Shown piece after piece: positions 53,740-64,000 of a stretch of 64,000 nucleotides of DNA. How positions within the stretch are numbered: the first letter of the stretch is position 1; every line of letters starts with the position of its first letter. The notes below the pieces were generated by a model. The model searched no databases and was not told the DNA's origin. It saw only the letters and a list, made by a program, of their open reading frames with translations. Origin of the DNA: Octopus bimaculoides (Eukaryota); the NCBI RefSeq assembly GCF_001194135.2, contig NC_068982.1:160108200-160172199 (forward strand). Reading direction: 5' to 3'. A program made the translations under genes and the position numbers.

Positions 53740-54010
53740 ACGTGCATAAACAGTGTTTAAGCAAGGGCCAACTTCTGGAATCAGTCACCAAATATGGATG
53801 TTTTGAGCTGAAAGTGATGCTTTACGTCTGGTGGAATTATGAGAAGATAATTCACTACGAGTTCATTCTGGACGGACAAACCATCGATGCCAATATGTAT
53901 TTAGAACTGCTGGAGCAGATGTATGCCATTGTGTGGTAGAAATACCCGGAATTGGTTGACAGAAAGAAAGCTCTTCTGCAGTGGACACACCTAGCATATA
54001 ATCCGGACCT
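53740..54010 (+). mobile_element. mariner transposase fragment
   Basis: KVMLYVWWNYEKIIHYEFILDGQTIDANMY...LEQM...YPELVDRKKALLQ. Confidence 0.75.
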
Positions 54011-54353
54011 AGGTTTCGTTGTAGCTTGAATAAAGCAAATAAGTAAACAAACTTTTGCAAGACTTTTGGCTAGCTCTAATCCACTAAGAGAAATATAATC
54101 CCTTATTTCGATTCTACCCTGTCAAAAGCGCTTTTCTGAATTTCTCTTATGTGTGGTTATATTTAAGTACCTTACCTATTCAGAATTTTCACTTAATTGA
54201 AATGGAAATTTAAAATCTTGCATACTTTGTGCAGTCTCATGATATTCCTGTTCGTCCTCACACACACATACACACACACAAACGCACATGCACGAACAGA
54301 CACACACATACACGCGTGCGCACGCACACACGCACATAATATATATATATATA

Positions 54354-55644
54354 TTGGGCTGGCAGCTAAGTATCCACCGTCTTTGTAGATTTTGGAATTC
54401 ATTGCGGTTTTAAATTTTGGAATCTATTCTTTTCGAGAATTCTATTTTTGAATGATTTTGGAATTTATTTTGTTATTTTTTCTTTCTAGTTAATTTTAGT
54501 TAATTTTTGTTTGTTTTCAGATCATTAAAATGGAATGTCAAATTAAGAAAAACGAGCATTTTCGACACCTCATACGTTTTGCTTTTAATCAAGGTTCTAA
54601 GGCTGCAAAAGCTGCTTGCGATATTTGTGCTGTGTATGGGGAGTGTACCATAACTGAAAGTACCGCCCCTGATTGGTAGGTCAAGTTCAAAAATGGAAAT
54701 TTGGACCTCAAACACGCACCTTGTTCTGGCCGTCCAGTTGAGTTCGATGAAGAGAGATTAAACTAACATTTGCACGAAAATTTTTGTCAAACGACAAGGG
54801 AACTGGCAGAGAAAACGGAATGCTCACACTCTGCTATAGAGAAGCATCTTCACTCGATGGGAAAGGTTCAAAAGTATGGAGCATGGGTTCCGAATGCTTT
54901 AAGTGACAACAACAAAAATAAACGAGGCACAATTTCCGCTGGTTTGCTTGCTCGTCACCGCTCAACTCATGGACACAAGCAACGACTTCTTTATCGAATC
55001 GTTACTGACGACGAAATGTGTTGCCTGTACATCAATATGAAGCAGCGTAAGGAACGTGAAACAAGATCGTCATCCGCGTAAAACGATGTTGTGCGTATGG
55101 TGGGATGGGAAGGGATTATCCATTACGAATTGCTTGAACGGAACCAAACGGTCAACGCGGAACTCTATGTTCAACAGACGGAGCGACTCAACACGGCTAT
55201 GTTCAACAGATGGAACGACTCAACAAGGCTATTCAAGAGAAAAGACCTAATCGACAGCATGGAGTTCTGCTGCACAACAACGCCCGCCCTCATATCACCA
55301 ATATGACCAAGGAAACCATTCAAACGCATGGTTGGGAAGTGCTGCCACAACCGCCGTACTCTCCTGATTTGGCACCAACGGATTTCCACCTTTTTCTGTC
55401 TCTTTCAAATGCTATGCGCGGAGTTTAGTTCAATACTGATGCAGAATTAAGAGCCTGGATCAATTTTTTGAGTCGGAATCGGGTGATTTCTACCAACGAG
55501 GTATTGAAAATCTTGTTGAACGATAGGTAGAAGTTGTAAGCAACAAGGGTGAATATATTATTGATTAATTAGCTGTTATCTTTTATTAAACCTTTTTAAA
55601 AATTTAAATATACAAAAAAGGCGGCAACTTAGTTGACAACCCAA
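54354..55644 (+). mobile_element. Full-length mariner element (1291 bp)
   Basis: TIRs TTGGGCTGGCAGCTAAGT / TTGGGTTGTCAACTAAGT with TA at 54352-53 and 55645-46. Confidence 0.93.
54530..55568 (+). pseudogene. mariner (DD34D) transposase pseudogene
   Basis: WVPNAL, IVTDDE, MLCVWWD, LLHNNARPH and PPYSPDLAPTDFHLF motifs, spread over several frames. Confidence 0.92.
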
Positions 55645-58600
55645 TATATATATGTACGTATATTTCTAGTGGCTCCATATTTATTTACTCGCACGGGGCA
55701 TATTTATGCTAAACCAGGTTACACAGTTTCTCTTTTCTATTTTCGTCAAGCCAAGCTTCCCCAAAAAAACTGAATGACACTCATTTGATTATCATTCTCT
55801 GCATTCTTTCTCTTTTTCTTTTCCCCCTTTTGCCTACCCATTTCTCTCTCCCTTCCTCAATTTTTGCTATTATTTCAGTTTCTTTCTGCTTTCATCGTAT
55901 TTAGCTCTCCACCAGTAATTGTCCATCTCTCGCCTTCTTTCTTTCACCGACATCTGTATTTATCATGCATGCTTATCCTGGATATCTGGCCGATGACTAT
56001 TACTTTTGCCATTCATCCTTCTGGATAAAATGTTTTGTGATTCACGCCTGAAGATACGTGCCAAGCTTCATGCACTCTGATAATAGTTTTGCGTATTTGC
56101 TTTCTGTAATATTGCCTGGAAACTCATTGGATAAGAGAATGGATTTCTGTACACTCCCGTATTGGCTAGATTTTCTTATAACTGCAAATTGTGAGTAACG
56201 ACCATGGAAACATACACTTGTCAGTTTTCTGATTTTCAACTATTATATTTTCTTTGATACTTTTATGCTTATCTGTTTGAAAGTGAAATATTTAGAATCG
56301 CTTTGATAATTACAGTATGCGATTTTCAAATATCTGTATTTGAAGTATTATATCTATAAATAAGAATAATAGCTTATTTTTGCATGGAAGAAGGAGTAAA
56401 TGAAACACAGAAACATGTGCAGAGAGGTAGAGTTAGAGGGCGTGACAGAGAGGAACACAGAGAGACTCACAAAAACAAACAGAAAGAGCACTTGAGAGAA
56501 AGATAGTTTAAGATAAATAGTGATAGACACAAATAAAAATAGAGGGGAAAGTGATAGTAAGATAAATAATGCATTTAATATTCCATGTAAATAACTTCGC
56601 AGTTATGCAAATTATTTCAATATAATATTGTTTGAAATTATGAAATTCACTTTCAGGCGTAATCTCTATGTTTTCGAATTTACTTCAAAGGTGTTTGAGG
56701 TTTTGCAAATGCTAGTTCGTCACATTCAATAGCATTCATAAAGCCTCAGCCTATTCTTGTTCATTTTTTTTTTATGAATTACACATTTCAGAAACAGAAG
56801 AAAGAAAACGTTAAATATTCATGCATAGTTCTTTTTCCAATCCCTAACTGCTTGAATCACTAAATGATCCAAATGTTGCATGAGATTTTAAATATCAGAA
56901 GTGTTATACATTTTGGTGATTTCAAATTTGACTGATCGCAAGTAACGAAGATTTTAAGTCTTAGTTTATTATTTCAGAAACGTATTCATACATACGACTA
57001 GATCTACGAAAGTTATGCGTCCTTATAAACATGTGGCACATATATATTGGAGAAATGTCAATAATCGTTTTTCGGATAAATAAACATTTATTGCACATCT
57101 TTTTCGATACACATTTCTTTTCTGTATGAAACTTTGAAAAATTCATCATTACTAACTAATCTGCCAGTCCGTAAAACCTAGCTGATACACTCTATTATAT
57201 CAATCTACTGCTTCTATAAACTTGATCTCTGATCATAATGGGCCAATTAAAAGATCCACCTTATACGCATCCACATATATATACATGTCCACTCAGACAT
57301 ATGTATGAATGTGTGTATGTACAGACATATATATGCATGTTAGTCCTGGATTTTACCTTTAAACAGCATCCGATAATGGTATTCTGGTTCGGGACTTCCA
57401 AGATTTTGTGGAGTGTGACACCACCTCATAGCGACTATGGTGATATTATAATAAGGAGCAAAGAGTAGTAGATCATTTTGCTAAAGTATGAGTGTGAAAT
57501 TCTCTGTGATTCTGTGAGGTTGGTAAAAATAACCTTTCTTTGGAAGTGGGATAATTAACGATCTTGAAATTACTTAAGTTACGAAAGTCGCAACTTAAGA
57601 GTTTCAAACTACAACCAGAGTCCTGCAGAGAGTTACCTTTACTTTTAGAGATTGTGGTAGTCTACATCCCCGACAAACTATCCAAGACAAAGGACTTACT
57701 ATGAAACTAAAACGGTGAAAACGTCAGCAGATCGAATATCTCTCTAATTATAACTATGCTAGTGATCGTACCTTCAAACCTCGTCAAATGCATAATGCGC
57801 AAGACTTGTTTTATCGATTTCTCATTACAAAGATGACTGAATACTTAATTATCATTAAGTATGAAAGCTACCTGTCAATTTTTCACACAACCCAGGAGGT
57901 CAGTGACTCCAAATTACGTGAGATATACCGCCCACTTTATCCCAAATGTATCACCAGGGCTTATATATCCACTTGTAGATTATCAGTTTTATATTTTTGG
58001 GTTGAGCTCTTCGTCGTTTTGTATGCAGACTCTTGTAAACCTCTGTCTGGTAACGCTCGATACTGATTTGTATAGTGTGTGCTTAATCTATCCACCATCT
58101 TTAAATTTATCTCATGTTCAGCACGCAGTTGAAGCGATATTAACCAGAGAAACGTGTTGTTGATCTTATAACCATTGATTAACAAAAAGTGGAACGTTTG
58201 CAGTTATTGTTCTCATTCTATAATAGCATCTTGCTAATTTTCTATAAAGCGGTATCTGATTTTACTTTAACGCTTTCACGGAAATAAGAATTACATCTAA
58301 TTATTTTTGAATATTTTAGAGAAATGATTTTGAATATTTTATTCCGTAACTGATTCAACAAAATTAAATTTTAATATCCTTTAGAAAAGATAAGGTTTAT
58401 TATTAAAATCCTTAATATTAATTAAAATAGAGAATAAAATATTCCCACTACAAATATGGAAATTTCTAATCACCGTATGAACTTCCAAAAATGCTATTAT
58501 ATTGAAGGGAGTAACATATTCTACTAATTTGAAATAACCTTTCTTTTAAGTATTTATTTCAAAGGTGTGTTTCATTCAATTGTTTAACATTTTTTGCCAA

Positions 58601-60084
58601 AGATGACTAACCAGATATGAACAGTAATTATGATAACACAATAGCGCGTTGAAATGCCTTTGAATGTTCATTGTTTGTCGCTAACTTGAAAGTAGTAGTG
58701 CAATTTCTGTAATTAAACCGATGTTTTGATGAAAATATCTCTCTATCTCACATGCTCTCTCTCGCTCTCTCTTTCTATCTTTTGCTGCGTTTCGCGCCTT
58801 TCACTCTGTCTCTACCTCTCTTTCATCATTCTATATCCATTTATTTATAGAATATAATGAAGTATCTGAATATTGCGATATTTCTGCGAGTAAAATGAAG
58901 ACGTGTTGCCTTAGTGCATATGTTCTCCCTATTTTTTTTTTACTTTTTACAAATATCACGTACTCTGGTGAGTAATCCAATAATTGGAATTTAAAACTTG
59001 AATGTTTTAACACTTAAATATTCGAAATAAATTGGAAATTCTTTAAGAACGTAGGTTCTATTTCTGTTCTTTATTAAGCTTGTCACCTTTCTGCTTTATT
59101 ATTTATTTTACACAGCATATTGATTAATAACAGAAACTTTCTTTAATCATTGGTTTCGTTGGGATTTCTACTCAAAAGCGTTTTTCTCTCGCTATAATAT
59201 TACAAATTATTGGTTTATTGATTACTGTTACAAATCGAAAACATACTTAGAATAAACAGAAATGGCATGATTTGATCTGATTAAGATAACATCCAACGGC
59301 TTTCCATATCTGCCACTAAGATTAATGCATTTTCTATATTCGACATATAAAATATTCATACTATTGTTTCTTAGAGACCTAGGTCAATCAATGAGGATTT
59401 AGATGATGTATTAATGAGATTCAAACGATGAATTACTAAGAAGATTAATTAATTTATCTCAGTTAGCTTTTTTCTATTTCGTAATAGAGGTCATGAGAGA
59501 CCAAGAAATAGATTTACCAAGAGGGCTGAATAATCTAACATTTTGTCTTTGAATGGGTAAGAGAGATGAAATGCTGATTTACACAGTTTAAATGGCTGAA
59601 TTACTTTTTTTCTTTTCTTCACTATCCAACAAATGGCAACTGGACAAAAAGTTTAAGATTCTTTATCCTTCAGGGCAATAAAACTTAACAGATTCTTCTC
59701 TGAGCTACATTTTGTGAACGCGAATCGTCATTTATTATCCACATATAACTGTTGGTAACCAAGCTTTTTTATTTATTTCCTATCACGGTGGATTCTGTTA
59801 TGAATTCGCAACGTCGAATTGTGTGTTGATAATGTTCGCATTCATATCAACTCTCATGAAATAGACATATCACCAGGGGCATTCGAGATGTGGCGATTTC
59901 TTATTTCTTAGGTATTTAAAGTTATGTTATCTAATGTGTAGTTTCTTTTCTTAAGACAACATGTTATCATCTGTGTGAGATTTGGAAGTTACTACTCGGA
60001 AGTAAGGTGACTATATAGAGGCTCTCGTGAGTGGTGTGTCTAATATAGCTTATATTTCTCGAAGTTCAATAATTTATGATTTTC

Positions 60085-60855
60085 AACTCATCTCCGGATT
60101 TCACGGGAGGGCTGCAATCGGAAAACCTCTACTTTCAAACAGAAATGTTGCAAAGCGTTTGGAGTGGAATAAAAACCTACAGAATTGATCCCTAGAGAAG
60201 TGGAAGAATGTTATTTTCTCGGACGAGTCATCCTTTACCATATTTTCGACCACCGGCCGAGTATACGTGTGGAGACAGCCAAAATAAGCGTTTGACCCAG
60301 ACTGCCTTCTTCCAACTGTTAAACATAGAGGAGGATCTGTGATGATCTGGGGAGGCTATATCTTGGAAATCTGCCGGTCCAATGGTTTTCCTTCATAGAA
60401 GAATTAATAGTCAAGACTATTTAAGCAATTTATCGGATCAAATTCCGCCTATGGTTGCATAACTGTTTCCGAAGGGAAACAAAATCTTTCAGGATGATAA
60501 TGCACCAATTCACACAGATAAAGTTGTTATTGAATGACACGAGGAACGTTATAGTGAAGTTGATCATCTTATCTGGCCACCAAAGTCCCCAGATCTCAAT
60601 ATTATTGAACATTTATGGTGCATTTTAGAAAAACAAGTAAGGAGTCGATATCCTCCACCATCATCACTACAAGAATTGTAGACTATTTTAGCTGAAGAAT
60701 GGACAAAAATTCCTTTGGAAACAATTCAAGCTTTGTACGATTCCATAGCTCGTAGAATTCAATCTGGAATTACTGCCAAAGGCGGTCTTACCTCATATAA
60801 AAATGAATTTGTTTGAAATATTAAGGTGTTTCTCCATTATTTTGTCCAACCCCCG
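60085..60855 (+). mobile_element. Tc1 (DD34E) transposon, 3' two-thirds
   Basis: VIFSDESSF, TVKHRGGSVMIWG, FQDDNAPIH, WPPKSPDLNIIEHLW, AKGG; TIR-like ccattattttgtccaacccc before the gap. Confidence 0.92.
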
Positions 60856-61581
60856 NNNNNNNNNNNNNNNNNNNNNNNNNNNNNNNNNNNNNNNNNNNNN
60901 NNNNNNNNNNNNNNNNNNNNNNNNNNNNNNNNNNNNNNNNNNNNNNNNNNNNNNNNNNNNNNNNNNNNNNNNNNNNNNNNNNNNNNNNNNNNNNNNNNNN
61001 NNNNNNNNNNNNNNNNNNNNNNNNNNNNNNNNNNNNNNNNNNNNNNNNNNNNNNNNNNNNNNNNNNNNNNNNNNNNNNNNNNNNNNNNNNNNNNNNNNNN
61101 NNNNNNNNNNNNNNNNNNNNNNNNNNNNNNNNNNNNNNNNNNNNNNNNNNNNNNNNNNNNNNNNNNNNNNNNNNNNNNNNNNNNNNNNNNNNNNNNNNNN
61201 NNNNNNNNNNNNNNNNNNNNNNNNNNNNNNNNNNNNNNNNNNNNNNNNNNNNNNNNNNNNNNNNNNNNNNNNNNNNNNNNNNNNNNTTTGAACGTAAAAA
61301 TTGCTTCACATTCGTCGAGCACTACTGCTTTGCCAAAAATATAATTGTTATAATTATTAAATTATGATTCTCATAAATTCTATAACATCTCATTTCTAGA
61401 TCCCCTAATCATTGAATATTTGTTGCAACCCTATTTGTATAATTGTACAGAGGTTTACACACCAAATCGAAAAACTTCGAGCTGTTAGACGTTTTCATTA
61501 TTTTCATACCCGTACGATCATGTCTCATCACCAGTAATCATATTGTTCATGAAGTTTTGATCTTAGCTAGCACATTCCAGC

Positions 61582-61677
<96 letters not shown>

Positions 61678-61755
61678 NNNNNNNNNNNNNNNNNNNNNNN
61701 NNNNNNNNNNNNNNNNNNNNNNNNNNNNNNNNNNNNNNNNNNNNNNATATATATA

Positions 61756-61892
61756 GGTACAGGATGTCACAAAACAACGTGAAATCTGAAAACATGAAAT
61801 ACGAAGACAAACTTTTTTTGCGAACAACGAAAGAACCAAATGGAAAACACAACAAGTAACATAAAGGACGACCCTTCATCAGTTGTCAACTG
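61756..61892. mobile_element. Tc1/mariner-type terminal fragment
   Basis: Begins TA-CAGGATGT, a Tc1-like TIR start; no partner end found. Confidence 0.3.
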
Positions 61893-61914
61893 TTTATATG
61901 CATATATGTGTGTG

Positions 61915-62110
61915 TGTGTGTGTGTGTTTGTGATTCTCCCCCACCAACGTTTGCCGTCCTCCCTATCTAGCAGTTCTCCAGAACAATTGATAGAATGTAT
62001 ATGAGAGGAACTTAAATATAGATACTGGGATCAATTTCCTTAACTAAACACGTCAAAGCACTTCTCCAACATGTTCGATGCGCATTGATTGAAACAAGTA
62101 AAAGATAAGA
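61915..62110 (+). mobile_element. SINE family A, decayed 3' half
   Basis: (TG)n, then ...gatagaatg...actgggatcaatttccttaactaa...ctccaacatg...gattgaaacaagtaaaagataaga. Confidence 0.6.
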
Positions 62111-62368
62111 TTCCAAGCCCTGTTTTTCTCTACAACCAATTAAGTAATCATCTATAAGCCATTTAGACAGCTATAAGTTACCTAATACATTAGAAATAAA
62201 CGAAACAATAAAACAGAATCGATATTTACGACAATAACATAAGTACTTTAGATTGCCTCTCGACTAATTGTTTTAAGATTGATTATACAGCTTAGATGTT
62301 TCACTGTATAACTCACACAACAGCTCGCACAGCACATACATGCCTTACACACGCACACACACGCATAG

Positions 62369-62399
<31 letters not shown>

Positions 62400-62569
62400 C
62401 GTGTGTGTGTGTGTATGTGTGTGTATGTCTATACATACATGTACATACATATATGCATGCTTGCGTGCATACGTACATACCTATGTATGAATGTTTGTAT
62501 GTATACGTACATACATACCTATGTATGTACGTATGCATATATGTATGTATATGTATGTTTATATGTGAA

Positions 62570-62820
62570 GGCGCGTAGCTTAGTGGTTAAGGCATTCGGC
62601 TCATGATCGTTAAGTCGTGAGTTCAACTCCCAGCGACGCATTGCATCCTTGAGCACGACACTTTATTTCACGTTGCTCCAGTCCACTCAACTGGCAAAAA
62701 CGAGTAGTACCTGTATTTCAAAGTGCTAGCCTTGTCACACACTGTCATGTTGAATGTTGAATCTCCTTGAGAGCTACGAGAAGGGTGCACGTGTCTGTGG
62801 GCCCCTCGTCGTCGTAGCCA
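62570..62820 (+). mobile_element. SINE family C, tRNA-headed CORE-like SINE
   Basis: A box TAGCTTAGTGG, B box GTTCAACTCC, then ccttgagcacgacactttatttcacgttgctccagtccactcaactggcaaaaa, which resembles the CORE domain. Confidence 0.8.
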
Positions 62821-64000
62821 TTATATATATATATATATATATACTGTTGTATTTGGGGACGGTTTGTTTCAACACACAATTTCACATCACGAATCTTGCA
62901 AAACGAATATATATATATATATNNNNNNNNNNNNNNNNNNNNNNNNNNNNNNNNNNNNNNNNNNNNNNNNNNNNNNNNNNNNNNNNNNNNNNNNNNNNNN
63001 NNNNNNNNNNNNNNNNNNNNNNNNNNNNNNNNNNNNNNNNNNNNNNNNNNNNNNNNNNNNNNNNNNNNNNNNNNNNNNNNNNNNNNNNNNNNNNNNNNNN
63101 NNNNNNNNNNNNNNNNNNNATATATATATATATATATATAAAACGAAAGGGAGAAAACATTGTTTGCCAGAACCTGAGTATAAAATACTAAATTATGACA
63201 TCCGAAACCAAATTAATAAATATTAGATGTTCTATCAACACTGCTACATATTTTTACGCTCGTCTGTGAATTCGATTAGAAGGCATGATGCCACGAATAA
63301 TATGAGAATTTGTCGGATGTTTGATACTTGCCCTGATGGTCAGAAATTATCCTGGAGTGACATCGTGTTCATGGGGAACATGGGAAATCAGTTTTACAGA
63401 ATTTAATATTTGGAATGTACGGTTGATAAATATGCTCACATACGTGTAAATGAAATAGTTTGTCTGTGCAGCTTAAAAGCAATAAATGACTTACACGTCT
63501 GACGCATTCTCATGCACATGCTTACAATGAAATAATTACACACATGCTAAATATACCGAGCTGTAACAGTATAAGCGTATAAATGTGTACAAAATGCATG
63601 TATACACAAATATATACATATCCAGTCGTTCCATTTTACAATTCTGCATGTATCCGATTGCATCTGCTTTTATGGATGGTACACGCCACCAGATAAAATG
63701 GAAATGAAACAAATAACAGGTAAGCATACACATAAACATGCATTAACCTTACAATTTTTTAATTTACATTTGTATATTCACATAACTATACATTCAAATA
63801 CATACATTCAGCGACTCATCAGTGCATAAAAACTGACATATACAGCCGCAAATCCCTCACTCTTAAAACTAGAACTCTCTGGAATACGCATTTCTGCTCT
63901 CTATCCAATAGATGATATGCTCACACCCACACACATACACATACATATGCACACATATTTTCAATAACTCAGATATACACACATACTTATAATCAGAATC

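Noticed and set aside
59825-59851. Small hairpin with a UUCG loop
   Set aside because: Short, bulged, AT-rich and with a non-canonical closing pair; expected by chance.
62570-62640. tRNA gene (also considered at 11026, 19016 and 28006)
   Set aside because: A and B boxes are present, but there is no proper acceptor stem or terminator and each continues into a repeat body; these are SINE/PLE heads.

Overview
AT-rich, microsatellite-dense animal DNA with many N-gaps. The SINE repertoire and repeat style suggest an octopus/coleoid draft assembly (inference from recalled repeat families, not a search). No intact protein-coding gene is evident, and nearly all track ORFs are microsatellite or N artefacts. 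The window is a patchwork of tRNA-headed SINEs (three families), Penelope-like elements (PLEs, at least two lineages), an R4/Dong-like restriction-like-endonuclease LINE, decayed LINE remnants, Tc1/mariner elements (a full-length mariner, Tc1, maT, a pogo-like element with a PHD finger) and MITE-like inverted repeats. Most interesting: a PLE whose GIY-YIG ORF is followed 30 bp later by a tRNA-like Pol III head. The same head recurs as a short ORF-less unit (head-(AAT)n-minimal hammerhead ribozyme-tail) with a PLE-style inverted tail starting exactly at the head. A speculative pair of minus-strand exons (33304/33265-33212 and 25564-25521) joins in frame into a signal peptide.
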